A DNA stretch of 64,000 bases from IMG/VR virus record IMGVR_UViG_3300032249_001461, positions 1 through 64,000 of that record, one strand, 5' to 3'. Source of the stretch: a virus. Below are positions 27,837 to 37,923 of the stretch, piece by piece. Both the position numbers and the translations under genes were made by a program. The notes under the pieces are model-generated. The model did not search any database. It was given only the letters and a program-made list of their open reading frames with translations, and was not told the DNA's origin. Numbering within the stretch: the first letter of the stretch is position 1; each line of letters begins with the position of its first letter.

Positions 27837-28487
27837 CTAGGGTTGTCGGAAGAGTTGATTTCGCTTGAATGTGACGACGCTTTTTTGATTTGAAATTTCA
27901 ATTATGTTGGATTTGAGCCGTTCTAGGTCTCTCCTGTTGGTCTCCGCGACCTTCTTGTCCATGTATTCTTTGAAGAAGAACGGGATTGTTTTTCTTATTC
28001 TGAGTTCGCTTTTGGCCGAGACGTGCGTTTTGGGCAAGGCATCTTCCAGGGAGGGGCTGATTTCCACGATCTTTTCGTAGGCGAGGACTTGAGGCTGGGG
28101 GCTTGTCAGGTTGGTTTTCAGCGACAGCACATACTTGTTAAGATTCATCTTTTGCGTGAATGGGAGCTTCAGTTCGCCAAGGTCGTGTTCCTTCTTTTCC
28201 ACGGTGAAAACCAAGGTTCCTTCAAGCTTGTAGTCCTTGATTCTGAGAATTCTCTGCGGCGCCTCTACTTCGAAGTTCTCCCAGTGCTTCTGTGTGACTG
28301 TACCGTCGCTGTCCTCCACCATCTTTTCTAAGGAGTTCTTTGTTGCGAGTCCCTTTATCACCTGCAGGTAGGGCTTTTCAATTGTGAATTCTATTTCTTC
28401 GGAACTGTGTGATTCATGAATTTGCATGCAGAAATAACCGCATGCTATGAGGATGGTTCCGAGTACTGGCAGTATGTATTTTTTCAT
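27837..28487 (-). CDS. Membrane-anchored hypothetical protein
   Basis: N-terminal hydrophobic helix. Confidence 0.65.
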   Translation of the reverse strand: MKKYILPVLGTILIACGYFCMQIHESHSSEEIEFTIEKPYLQVIKGLATKNSLEKMVEDSDGTVTQKHWENFEVEAPQRILRIKDYKLEGTLVFTVEKKEHDLGELKLPFTQKMNLNKYVLSLKTNLTSPQPQVLAYEKIVEISPSLEDALPKTHVSAKSELRIRKTIPFFFKEYMDKKVAETNRRDLERLKSNIIEISNQKSVVTFKRNQLFRQP

Positions 28488-28494
28488 ATATTAT

Positions 28495-29469
28495 TCAGAG
28501 TATCTGTCTGTTTATTTCTTCTGTGATTGCCTTTATTAAGGGAATTCCCACGGAATTTCCTACTTGTCTGTAGGCGTTCCCCTTGTTCGGGCTGATTTTG
28601 AATTTCTTCGGGAAACCCTGGAGCGAGTAGCATTCCCTGATCGTGAGTTTTCTGACCTTTGCTCCGTCGTATATCCAGAATCTGCCCGCGGTTTCCTGGG
28701 ATGAGAGCGTGGGGTGCGTCCCCGAGACGTGGTAGATCCTGTTGGGCTGTTTGTGGACTCTGGAGAGGTGTTCCGTATTCGGTCTTACTCCGCTCTTCCT
28801 GGAGGGCTTGTTCCTGTATCCGGCGAAGATGAGTCCCGATTTCTGTCTCTTGAGGAGACCTTCTTCGAGGATTGTGTAGGTTGACGGATCAAGCGATTCA
28901 GATGTTTCGTTTTCTAGGATGTCTTTGATGTTCTTTTTTTTGAACTTCTTCTTTTTCACCGGGGTGAAGTCAAATGGCTTGTCTTTGGAGGCTACGATGA
29001 TCGTTCTTTCCCTGTTCTGGGCGAGTCCGAAGTCCGCCGTGTTCAGAACCTCGTGGGAGAAGTGGTATCCTTGTTCTTCTAGCGAACTTTTGATCACCTC
29101 CAGGGTTCTTCCCTTGTCGTGGTGCACTAGGTTCTTTACATTTTCCAGAAAGACAACCTTCGGCTTTTTGGCCTTGGCTATTCTGAGGACATCAAAGAAC
29201 AGGGTGCCTCGGGTATCCTCGAATCCTCTTTTGTTTCCCGCGATGCTGAATGCTTGGCACGGGAATCCGCCCGCAAGGACATCGTGGTCGGGGATGCTGT
29301 TTTCGTCGGCTTGTTTTATGTCCCCCGCCGGATCGTCGCCGAAATTGGCCTTGTAGACCTCCCTGCACGATGGGTTCAGTTCCGAGGAGTAGACGCATTT
29401 TCCGCCCGAGGAATCCAACGCGATCCTGAATCCGCCTATCCCCGCAAAAAGGTCAATGTACTTGAACAT
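28495..29469 (-). CDS. dcm: DNA cytosine-5 methyltransferase (orphan)
   Basis: DLFAGIGG, GFPCQAFS, ENV, QNRER and QVGNSV. Confidence 0.95.
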   Translation of the reverse strand: MFKYIDLFAGIGGFRIALDSSGGKCVYSSELNPSCREVYKANFGDDPAGDIKQADENSIPDHDVLAGGFPCQAFSIAGNKRGFEDTRGTLFFDVLRIAKAKKPKVVFLENVKNLVHHDKGRTLEVIKSSLEEQGYHFSHEVLNTADFGLAQNRERTIIVASKDKPFDFTPVKKKKFKKKNIKDILENETSESLDPSTYTILEEGLLKRQKSGLIFAGYRNKPSRKSGVRPNTEHLSRVHKQPNRIYHVSGTHPTLSSQETAGRFWIYDGAKVRKLTIRECYSLQGFPKKFKISPNKGNAYRQVGNSVGIPLIKAITEEINRQIL

Positions 29470-29516
29470 CGGCTCTTAAATCTAGTGTTTTCTGTATTTA
29501 AGTCAATAGATATGGC

Positions 29517-30566
29517 ATGGATTTCAAAGAATGGCTATTGAGCGAGGTGGACTGGGAGGGTGACTTCTCCGACGTCAAGAAGGAGTGCGTCAGTCACGAT
29601 GCGCTAGTGGAGTACCTCAATTCCGTGAGGGCGAACTACGGCAAGAAGACCGCGGACAGGGAGAAGTTCCCTGTGTCCATGCCGTTCGTGCATGCAAGGT
29701 CGGAGCTCTTCAAGGACGGGGACGTAGACGTGGAGGACTTTGCAAGAAGGATGAGCGAGCCTCCGAAGAACATAGTCAACACGAACGAGAAGATATTGAA
29801 GAGCGGCGGCCCCCACGAGTTCGTGTACAAGACGGGGATACCCGCGTTCAGAGGAATAGTATACGACAAGAGCGAAGGCAAATTCTATGTGATAAACACC
29901 TGCCCGGGCGCGGGTTCGTGCGTGGTGATATGCTACGCGAGACACGGCAGGTACATACAGTACCCAAACGCGTACGACAGCATGACGCGCAGGCTCAACT
30001 TCCTCCTCAACCATCCGGACCAGTACGAGGAGCAGATGTACCGGGAGATGAAGGAGAAGTGCGAGGAACACGGGGCGAGAGAGGGATACAAGTCAAAGGT
30101 GATAATGAGATGGAACGACTCCGGGGACTTCTTCACCAACAGGTACAAGAAGATAGCGGAGAAGGTGATGGAAAGGCTCAAAAAGGACGGATACAACGTA
30201 GACAGCTACGCATACACGAAGGTCGCGGACGTCGCGGACAACTCGGCGTTCCAGACGACGTTCTCCAGCGGAGCCAACATGACTCAGACCGGCAAGGTGG
30301 ATTTCGCCAAGAACAAGATGTCGATGGTCGTCCCGAAGGAGATATTCAAAGACCTTGATCTGATGAAGATATCGGACGAGCAGACCCTCAAGCAGAGGGT
30401 CGCCAAGAAGTTCGTACTTCCGATTGGCGACGTACTTACCTACGGCGAGATGATGGCGACCCCGAAGGGCGAGGTTCCCAAGTGGCACGTGCTAGTCACC
30501 CCCGGAGACGGGGACGATGCGGCCTTCAGAAGAGATGTGAAGACAATACTGCTCACCCAGCATTAA
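29517..30566 (+). CDS. GP88-like Cys-cluster (radical-SAM-like) protein with leader
   Basis: TCPGAGSCVVICYA, RWNDSGDFF and YAYTK; MDFKEWLLSE; TAGATA 4 nt upstream. Confidence 0.7.
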   Translation: MDFKEWLLSEVDWEGDFSDVKKECVSHDALVEYLNSVRANYGKKTADREKFPVSMPFVHARSELFKDGDVDVEDFARRMSEPPKNIVNTNEKILKSGGPHEFVYKTGIPAFRGIVYDKSEGKFYVINTCPGAGSCVVICYARHGRYIQYPNAYDSMTRRLNFLLNHPDQYEEQMYREMKEKCEEHGAREGYKSKVIMRWNDSGDFFTNRYKKIAEKVMERLKKDGYNVDSYAYTKVADVADNSAFQTTFSSGANMTQTGKVDFAKNKMSMVVPKEIFKDLDLMKISDEQTLKQRVAKKFVLPIGDVLTYGEMMATPKGEVPKWHVLVTPGDGDDAAFRRDVKTILLTQH

Positions 30567-30795
30567 AGGTCGCAATCGAATACGCCAGGCAAAATCCGAA
30601 GTGGATCATGATGTACGCCAGCATCAGTTTGGTCACAACGACCATGGGTTCGCTGTATGCCATTTGCTCTAGGATGGATTCCATCCTTTTTTTGTCAATT
30701 TCGTTCTGCACGAGCAGATAGTTGAACTGCACCTCGGTGTATTCCCGCCCGAGATACTTCTTTGCCAGTTCCAGTTCTTTTTCCGATATGTCCAT
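30553..30795 (-). CDS. Small membrane protein
   Basis: C-terminal hydrophobic segment. Confidence 0.55.
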   Translation of the reverse strand: MDISEKELELAKKYLGREYTEVQFNYLLVQNEIDKKRMESILEQMAYSEPMVVVTKLMLAYIMIHFGFCLAYSIATFNAG

Positions 30796-30857
30796 ATATC
30801 ACATGATTAAATCATATATAATTGTGGATGTCAATCCATTAACAAGGAGGATTTAAA

Positions 30858-31172
30858 ATGGCGACATATACAGTTGATCTCACCCCCACCGTGGTGACGC
30901 AGACCTCGGAGGCCAGCCTCGACACCTCGGTTCTCAACGGACTTTCGCTGCAGAGGACGAAGGAGAGCCTTCTCGTCGTCAACGGCGTCAATCGCAAACA
31001 GCTCTACAGGCTTGCTGACGGCGAGACCTATGACGACACGACCTTCGTTACCGTCGTCCCGAACGTCGTGGCGGGTAACCCGAACTTTCCGGCCGGAAGG
31101 CCTTCGATCGTCTCCGTCAATGTGACGGTCGGCCATCCGACGGCCTCGGGAACTACCGGAAGCACTATCTGA
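30858..31172 (+). CDS. Small virion decoration-like protein
   Basis: Own TATATA box, AGGAGG SD and terminator; homologous to the C-terminus of 32289-35540. Confidence 0.7.
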   Translation: MATYTVDLTPTVVTQTSEASLDTSVLNGLSLQRTKESLLVVNGVNRKQLYRLADGETYDDTTFVTVVPNVVAGNPNFPAGRPSIVSVNVTVGHPTASGTTGSTI

Positions 31173-31186
31173 TTGTTTTTTGAACT

Positions 31187-31219
31187 GGGGGCGGGGCTTG
31201 GGCTCCGCCCCCTTTTTTT
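31187..31219 (+). terminator. Rho-independent terminator
   Basis: gggggcggggc-ttgg-gctccgccccc followed by T7. Confidence 0.85.
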
Positions 31220-31236
31220 GATGCATACATATTTTC

Positions 31237-31821
31237 ATGGAAAGGCCTACCACCCTCATAATGTTCTCTGGCGGACTTGACTCTACTGGAGTGTTCTGGA
31301 AACTCATAAACGAGCGGGAGGAGTTGCATGTCCATCATCTCTACCTTGTAAACAGGGAGAACAGGGCGAAGGCCGAGGACAGGGCCGTCAGTGACATCGT
31401 TGCATACATGAAGAACATAAGGGACTTCGGCTTCTCTGAAAGCTACCACGAGTACCCGTGCTACAACAACAGTAACTTTCTATGGGACAGCGATCTGTTC
31501 TCTTTCGTGGCCGGTGGCATGTGCATCAGCATGCCGAGCATAAGAAATGTCGCCATAGGAATGACCGCGTCGGACATGAGGAGAGGAATATCGGATAGGG
31601 TGGAAAGGGCCAAAAGAATATTTGAGGCGTTCGGGACGAATGCGAAGAAGGTGTATCCGGTCGGAGACAAGACCAAGAGGCAGGTGTATCAGATGCTGCC
31701 GGAGGAATTGAGGGCGTTGAGCTGGAGTTGTCGGACACCCGTCTACGACGGCGACGACATCAGGAAGTGCGGAAGGTGCGCGGCGTGCAGGGAGATGGCA
31801 AGGATCAACCGTCCCATATGA
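31237..31821 (+). CDS. queC: QueC-like PP-loop ATPase
   Basis: SGGLDS; SWSC...CGRCAAC Zn motif. Confidence 0.7.
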   Translation: MERPTTLIMFSGGLDSTGVFWKLINEREELHVHHLYLVNRENRAKAEDRAVSDIVAYMKNIRDFGFSESYHEYPCYNNSNFLWDSDLFSFVAGGMCISMPSIRNVAIGMTASDMRRGISDRVERAKRIFEAFGTNAKKVYPVGDKTKRQVYQMLPEELRALSWSCRTPVYDGDDIRKCGRCAACREMARINRPI

Positions 31822-32251
31822 CCATCACTATGCCCGGCTGGGTCTCCACCACCTCCTTGGCCCCCGGGAACTCGGAGGGGAAGTGGGTGGCGTACTTCAT
31901 GCCCTCAAACTTCCTCTTGAACACCCTGCACACCAGCCTGTCGCACTTCCTGCGCAGTCCGTCCGCCAGAGACATGCCGGCCAAGTTGAGGACTCCGTCT
32001 CCGATTATCACATCGGCCATGGAGGACAAACCGGCCCAGTCGCACGCTATGACCGGTTTTTTCTGCATCCTGGGGTTGATATCTACCATGTAGTCACAAA
32101 TGTGCGTGAGTTCCTTGGTCATTCCGAGTAGGCATACGGGACCAAATCCTCGGCATTTGTCCTCGTAGATTTTGACCTCTTTTTCGTCGGGGGAAAGCGG
32201 GGGGTGGAGGTTCTGCCAGTGCTGGGCGTCTTGGATCAATTTGTCGTCCAT
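31805..32251 (-). CDS. Hypothetical protein, possibly SAM-methyltransferase fold
   Basis: LLGMTKEL..VDIN and DVIIGDGVLN. Confidence 0.55.
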   Translation of the reverse strand: MDDKLIQDAQHWQNLHPPLSPDEKEVKIYEDKCRGFGPVCLLGMTKELTHICDYMVDINPRMQKKPVIACDWAGLSSMADVIIGDGVLNLAGMSLADGLRRKCDRLVCRVFKRKFEGMKYATHFPSEFPGAKEVVETQPGIVMVIWDG

Positions 32252-32288
32252 ATTGGATATATATACCCTCTAGGAGACCAACAAAAAA

Positions 32289-35200
32289 ATGAAAACATAC
32301 GCCAGCAACCTTACCTCAATGCCATCTTGGCTCGCAGAATATGGTAATCAAACCGGGAAAACCTTGGATGCCGACTTTGGTTTTGATTCTGATGGTATGT
32401 ATTTTATTGGGAATGCTGGAGATGAGAACCCGGTCGTCGCATACAGCGTAAGAACCAATTTCAACATATCTGGGCATCAAGCTTGCGAGGTGATATTTAC
32501 CGCTGACCACACTAATTCTTGCTCGGACCAGGGCATATGTTTTTACAATGATGGGCAATCGCCAAACTGGAATTGGGATCCAGATCCTTCAAGAATAGCG
32601 TTTTCCATAAATTGTCCTGTCCCCAATATTTACGGCACAAACAAGTTTGCAAATAATTCTGGCGAGCATTACGGATCATATGATGAGTTCTGTGGTCCAG
32701 GCGACTGCCCGGAAGCTGGGACTCCCGTTCTTGGTCCCGGCATCTATACATTCAAGGTAACATACGACCCCGCCGCCAGAACTGTTACCGCCATCACTTA
32801 TGAGGGGCCGGACACCTCCGGAGCCGTGGTTGACACCATTGTTTTGCATGAGAAGTTGATGGGTGGAGCGTACCGAATTGGATTTGATGCCGATAACGAT
32901 GGTGGCACGGCATACTTCACAAACCTCACGATAAATGTCTACGAGACAAACGGCATATCGGACGACACAGAGTTGAACAATCAACTCAGCAACCTCAAAG
33001 AGGCTCATTCGCAAATCACTGATCTTGTCGAAGGCGCCCTTTTCAATTTTTCAGACGATGCTGACTTGGATGACGGCTCAGATCCGAACTTTGGTCAATT
33101 GGGATTTGGTAGTGAAATATGCATCCAAGACGATGGCAAAATTGTAGTAGCTGGATATTCTGGAACTAATGATTATTCAAAAAATATCAGAAGAATAGAT
33201 GTTTTTGGCAAAGAAGATGAATCGTTCACACCGCCAGTTTTCAATGGCCTATTAAGTAGCGTTGTTCAGATGAGTGACGGAAGGTTGGTTGTGGGCGGTT
33301 TTTTTACTAGTTTTGAAAGATTTGATGGAGCATCTAACAGTGGATCAATAACATTTGATGCCGATTATCAAGGACACACCGGCATCAATGGAAATGGTAT
33401 TTTCCTGCCTCCGTCTGCAAGTGTTGTTGAGGTTGGTTGGGTTGTAACCTTTCAAGATTCAAGCACGAGAACTGTGGTTTCTTCCTATTTTTATGAGCCT
33501 TTAAACTACTGGGTTGTAGGCTTTGAAAGCAACGTAACATTGGATCCTGCTTTCCCACTAACAATATCACAAGCCTGGGATCCCGATATCATATTAGACA
33601 ATCAAGTCATTATTGGGGGAATGGTTTGCTTAAATCCGGACGGATCAATAAGCAAGAGAAATGGCGGAGATATTGGCTTTGAAGACAGGGCTGAAAGTAT
33701 CATTGGCGTATCTATTTACACCATAAAATTGCTGGACGATGACAGCGTTCTGGTCGGGGGGCATTTTACTCATTATGACGATGTAGAATCTCCTTATTTG
33801 GCAAAAATAGATAGCGATGGAGTTATAGATGAAGTTTTTGCCGCCAATATTTTAGGCTTGGGCATAAGTTTGAGTGATTCTGTGTCTGCAATTGCTGTTG
33901 ATGATAGTGGGAAAATACTAATTGGGGGCGGATTTGATAAAAGCATCATCAGGCTTAATGGCGATGGATCACTGGACATTTCGTTTGATTCCGGGGACGG
34001 CTTCACCGGCCAGATGGTGAATGGGGTTTTTGCAATACTTCCATTATCAAGCGGAAAGATATTGGTTGGACATTCTGGCACAGATTATGACGGGTCTAGT
34101 TGTAACCGTGGGTTGGTAAGATTGAACAGTGACGGATCTTTGGACAACACATACACCCCAGACCTTTACGAGTCTGAGGGCTTTGGATTTGTAGTTGCCA
34201 TTGCCCAACAAGAAAATGAAAAGTTGCTTGTCGGCGGAGCCTTTGACATTTTAGAGGGAGGCAGTCTAAACAAAATAGTCCGACTGAACACTGATGGTTC
34301 TTTGGACGAAAGCTTCAGCAGCGGATTTGGATTTACCCCTGCTGGCTACAATTGGGCGCCACAAACAAATGATATTAAATTAGATTCAGTTGGTAATGTT
34401 TATGTTGCAGGAAACTTTACTGACTACAACCATGCGGCAAGGTTCCAGTACGCTAAGCTAAATGCCAATGGTGCGTTGCAGCCATGGAGCGTTCTGCCTG
34501 CATTCAAACAAATGGGCATCGATGATGGAATGCTCGATGTTTATGACGGAGCAAACTTTATCAACACAAATCTCACGCATCCTTATCTTGATATTAAATG
34601 CAATGGTGGCAATGATCCCATCAGCGGTGGAGAGGGAGGATGCTCTGGTGACTACGAAAAGAGCATTCCTTCCACTCACACCATGGCTTGGAACGGAGAA
34701 GTCGAGGAAGATTTTTATGATGATAGCTTTCCCAACGAATTAGCCAAATACAGATATCAACCTATCACAGACAGCCATGTTATGGTTGGAGATGGATATT
34801 TCGGGACTGGAAGTAGTTACTTTACAGCCATGTTTCCCGGAATGTTCGTGCTTGCGGCAAACAACATAAGCATTAATCAGTTCTCTATAACAGGTGATAT
34901 AGGCTCGGATGGAGATGGGGTTGATGTCATAGAGGTTTATCCGATCACTGTTGGTGAATCTACATATACTGCTTACCTTAAGAGCAACTACGGATCAAAC
35001 GGGAGCTCAACAGACCCATCCATAAATCACATAATAATTGTTGATGGAGATGGAAGCGGAATCGAGCAGTTTTACGATCCCACATCGGAAGGAGACGAAC
35101 ATTGCCTGACTGGTCTTGATGGCAAGACAAAACTCTTCTATCTCATAATTTCCAAGGGTTGCGTGGAAGATTTAAACGACGAAGACTGCGGCAACCGCAT

Positions 35201-35540
35201 GAGTGCAACTGAAGTTCAAAATGTTGCTGCTAAATTTTTGGAGATTGTTGCAACTTGTGGAGCAGAGTCCGAACTCGACCTCAGCCCGGATCATCCGGAA
35301 AGACTGCCGAACTACAAGTTCTACGGCGAGGGCAATATGGACACCTCGGTCGTGGAGCAGGGCGGCAAGAGAATATCGCTCCAGAGAAGCGGCTGGCTTG
35401 AAGTGACCGACGGCTGTGGGGGAAGAAGAATCGTCTATGCGAAGGACGGCCAGACCTATTTGACTGCACCCGAGGTTCCGGGGGTTCAGGCCAACCCGAC
35501 GGGCAATCCTAATGTTTCGGATTCGGGAAGCACCTTCTAG
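32289..35540 (+). CDS. Large virion surface protein with delta-60-type beta-propeller repeats
   Basis: Repeated QxDGKILVGG.F...RLNxDGSLDxSF; AGGAG SD. Confidence 0.8.
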   Translation: MKTYASNLTSMPSWLAEYGNQTGKTLDADFGFDSDGMYFIGNAGDENPVVAYSVRTNFNISGHQACEVIFTADHTNSCSDQGICFYNDGQSPNWNWDPDPSRIAFSINCPVPNIYGTNKFANNSGEHYGSYDEFCGPGDCPEAGTPVLGPGIYTFKVTYDPAARTVTAITYEGPDTSGAVVDTIVLHEKLMGGAYRIGFDADNDGGTAYFTNLTINVYETNGISDDTELNNQLSNLKEAHSQITDLVEGALFNFSDDADLDDGSDPNFGQLGFGSEICIQDDGKIVVAGYSGTNDYSKNIRRIDVFGKEDESFTPPVFNGLLSSVVQMSDGRLVVGGFFTSFERFDGASNSGSITFDADYQGHTGINGNGIFLPPSASVVEVGWVVTFQDSSTRTVVSSYFYEPLNYWVVGFESNVTLDPAFPLTISQAWDPDIILDNQVIIGGMVCLNPDGSISKRNGGDIGFEDRAESIIGVSIYTIKLLDDDSVLVGGHFTHYDDVESPYLAKIDSDGVIDEVFAANILGLGISLSDSVSAIAVDDSGKILIGGGFDKSIIRLNGDGSLDISFDSGDGFTGQMVNGVFAILPLSSGKILVGHSGTDYDGSSCNRGLVRLNSDGSLDNTYTPDLYESEGFGFVVAIAQQENEKLLVGGAFDILEGGSLNKIVRLNTDGSLDESFSSGFGFTPAGYNWAPQTNDIKLDSVGNVYVAGNFTDYNHAARFQYAKLNANGALQPWSVLPAFKQMGIDDGMLDVYDGANFINTNLTHPYLDIKCNGGNDPISGGEGGCSGDYEKSIPSTHTMAWNGEVEEDFYDDSFPNELAKYRYQPITDSHVMVGDGYFGTGSSYFTAMFPGMFVLAANNISINQFSITGDIGSDGDGVDVIEVYPITVGESTYTAYLKSNYGSNGSSTDPSINHIIIVDGDGSGIEQFYDPTSEGDEHCLTGLDGKTKLFYLIISKGCVEDLNDEDCGNRMSATEVQNVAAKFLEIVATCGAESELDLSPDHPERLPNYKFYGEGNMDTSVVEQGGKRISLQRSGWLEVTDGCGGRRIVYAKDGQTYLTAPEVPGVQANPTGNPNVSDSGSTF

Positions 35541-35555
35541 GAGCTATTTTAGATC

Positions 35556-35936
35556 ATGCTATCACTACAGGAATACAAACAGATAAAGGGCGCAAAAGGG
35601 CTCGTTCAGAAGATGTTCGAGGCCAGGCAGGTCGCCCACAACTGCCATCTGAGGTCCAAGAGCTTCGCGGAGCACAAGGCTCTCAACTCTTTTTATGATG
35701 ATTTGCTGGACCTTGTTGACAAGTTCGTAGAAACCTATCAGGGACAGCACGGCCTTATCGGCGATTGCAATTTCACGGTTGAAAGCGTTGCAAATGCCAC
35801 GGAGTATCTGGAGGACTGCGCAAAATTGTTCTCGGTCGGAAGGGACTCGCTCAAGGAATCCCACCTCCAGAACATCATGGACGAGGTCATAGCGCTGACT
35901 TATAGAACCGTCTACAAGCTTAAGTTTTTGAAGTGA
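35556..35936 (+). CDS. Dps/ferritin-like four-helix protein (DUF5856-like)
   Basis: HKALNSFYD...DKFVETYQG and LQNIMDE...YKL. Confidence 0.75.
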   Translation: MLSLQEYKQIKGAKGLVQKMFEARQVAHNCHLRSKSFAEHKALNSFYDDLLDLVDKFVETYQGQHGLIGDCNFTVESVANATEYLEDCAKLFSVGRDSLKESHLQNIMDEVIALTYRTVYKLKFLK

Positions 35937-35943
35937 ACAAAAG

Positions 35944-35979
35944 AAGACGGCGCCATGCTTTTAGACATGGCGCCGTCTT
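35944..35979. terminator. Hairpin between convergent genes
   Basis: aagacggcgccatg-N8-catggcgccgtctt. Confidence 0.7.
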
Positions 35980-36000
35980 TGTCTTTATGGAAAGGTCAGA

Positions 36001-36342
36001 CTACTTGCAGCAGCAGTCGCACTTTTCCTTGCGGCGCGACTCCAAGACGAGCGTCTTGGGCTTCTGGCAGCAGTCATCCTTGCACGAGCAAGAATCCTTG
36101 CAGCAATTCTTCGCCTCACGGGCTTCCTGGCGGTCGGCCACGCGGTTGAGCCTGCGAACCTGCCAAGGGGCGAGCTTCACCACTCGGGCCTCTTCGCAGA
36201 CTGTGGCTTGCACGACGGGTGCAGCGGACTGAACGGTGGTGGTCTTCAGAACGCTGACTGTGTCGTCGGCAGGTGTCGGTGTTCCCGCGTACGTGGTGGC
36301 TACGGAAACGGCAATTGCTAGGGCGGCGAAAATACTTCTCAT
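36001..36342 (-). CDS. Secreted Cys-rich small protein
   Basis: Signal peptide MRSIFAALAIAVSVATTYA; AGGAG SD; several CC clusters. Confidence 0.7.
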   Translation of the reverse strand: MRSIFAALAIAVSVATTYAGTPTPADDTVSVLKTTTVQSAAPVVQATVCEEARVVKLAPWQVRRLNRVADRQEAREAKNCCKDSCSCKDDCCQKPKTLVLESRRKEKCDCCCK

Positions 36343-36460
36343 TAAAAAATCTCCTGTTGTTTGGACACCGAACCATTCGGCGAACAACATGATTATAGTC
36401 CAAACCCCGCAAAAGTAAAGAATTATTTTGGGCAATTAGGGCAAGGTGGCGAATTGGAAA

Positions 36461-36952
36461 TCAGTAGTTTTTAGAAACTTTCGCGGATACATGGACGACC
36501 GTTGATTTGGATGCTATTTCTGCACAAACTTCGCCGTTAGAAGTATTGAAGCTAGTGATCTTCCACGGGGCGGTCAAGTTTTCAAAATACCTTCGTGTCA
36601 GGTTGGGGCTTCCTTTTTCGTCGTACGAAGCGGCGGAGGGAGCGGGGGGCGAAAGTTTGCTTTTGAGGGTTTGAATGCCAATTCCGAGTGCGTTTGCCGC
36701 CTTCCTTTGGCTGCCTCCTTGCTCCTCGACCGCCTTTGTGATCCTGGCTGCCTCAAGATCGGCGTTGCTGGCGGCCACCGGAGGGCGGGAATATGAGGAT
36801 GACCCGAGCATGGAAATGAAGGCCTTTTTGTTGAGTTTCTGATTTCCTTTGCACGCACCCCTGTTTTCTTGATATGAGGATTCGCGTCCGCCCAAAGAAA
36901 GCATGGCTCTTTCTAGGACGCACTCCTTGTATTTCTGTCCGGGCTTGCACAT
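36461..36952 (-). CDS. Fis-type HTH protein
   Basis: ITKAVEEQGGSQRKAANALGIGIQTLKSKL; TATATA 5 nt upstream. Confidence 0.65.
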   Translation of the reverse strand: MCKPGQKYKECVLERAMLSLGGRESSYQENRGACKGNQKLNKKAFISMLGSSSYSRPPVAASNADLEAARITKAVEEQGGSQRKAANALGIGIQTLKSKLSPPAPSAASYDEKGSPNLTRRYFENLTAPWKITSFNTSNGEVCAEIASKSTVVHVSAKVSKNY

Positions 36953-36985
36953 GCCAATATATAGTGATCGGAGCTATCTTATTCC

Positions 36986-37267
36986 ATGGGCTCTGCAATA
37001 AGGCAAGACAGCTACTGGTATGCGGACGGCGAGGGTGACGAGGCCAAGATGAAGGCCTTGTGCGTAATGTGCGCCAAGAAGCAGAACAAGGGATGGTTTT
37101 GGGAGGGGAAGGTTTTGGGCTACGGCGATTACGACCTCTTCTGCAGCTCGTGCGGTAATGCCATCCACATCAGGGGGAATATTGAAACTCAAGCCGATAA
37201 TAAAACTGAACGACAGCAAGAGCCATCTGGTGCCGTGGATACTGGACAAGTTTCCCGAGGGCTATAG
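36986..37267 (+). CDS. Small Zn-finger-like protein
   Basis: CVMC...CSSC. Confidence 0.55.
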   Translation: MGSAIRQDSYWYADGEGDEAKMKALCVMCAKKQNKGWFWEGKVLGYGDYDLFCSSCGNAIHIRGNIETQADNKTERQQEPSGAVDTGQVSRGL

Positions 37268-37901
37268 AAGCATGACATATCTAGAGCCGTTTCTTGGCTC
37301 TGGATCTGTGTTGCTCAACAAGGATCCATCCGCGGAGGAGGTTGCAAACGACACAGACGCAGGAATGGTCGATCTTTGGAGGGCGGTTCGGGACGAGCCA
37401 AAGGCCTTTGTCTCAAAAACGAGGAGGATGGAATACAAGGAATCAACCTTCTCCAGATGCCAGAAGTCCGTCAGCGCTGATTATCTGGATCGGGCCTTGT
37501 GCGAGTTTGCCATGAGGCAGATGAGCAAGAGCGGACTTAAAAAGACATTCCTTCCAAAGGACGGAAATGTCAAATGCAAGGACTGCTGGCACTCCATTTT
37601 GGAGAAGGTTCCTGCGGTGCAGGAAAGGATCAGAAGCGTTCATTTCCTAAATAAGGACGCTCTTTCGATAATAAGGTCTTTCAGCCACGAGAACTGCCTT
37701 GTCTACTGTGATCCGCCCGCCCCCGAGGACGGCGGACCCATGGATTCAAACAGGCACATAGAGCTCAACGAACTTCTGAAGGAGTTCAGGGGAAAAGTGA
37801 TAATTTCGGCCCACAATTGCGCTTTGTACAAGAGGCTTTACGCCGGCTGGGCGAGAAAGGGCGTGCCGGGAAGGAACGAGTCCATATGGCTCAATTTTTG
37901 A
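37182..37901 (+). CDS. Dam-like adenine methyltransferase with DPPA in place of DPPY
   Basis: YLEPFLGSGSV, ANDTD and VYCDPPA; TTG start assumed. Confidence 0.75.
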   Translation: MKLKPIIKLNDSKSHLVPWILDKFPEGYRSMTYLEPFLGSGSVLLNKDPSAEEVANDTDAGMVDLWRAVRDEPKAFVSKTRRMEYKESTFSRCQKSVSADYLDRALCEFAMRQMSKSGLKKTFLPKDGNVKCKDCWHSILEKVPAVQERIRSVHFLNKDALSIIRSFSHENCLVYCDPPAPEDGGPMDSNRHIELNELLKEFRGKVIISAHNCALYKRLYAGWARKGVPGRNESIWLNF

Positions 37902-37923
37902 ATTCCGGGCACTAGATAGTTCC

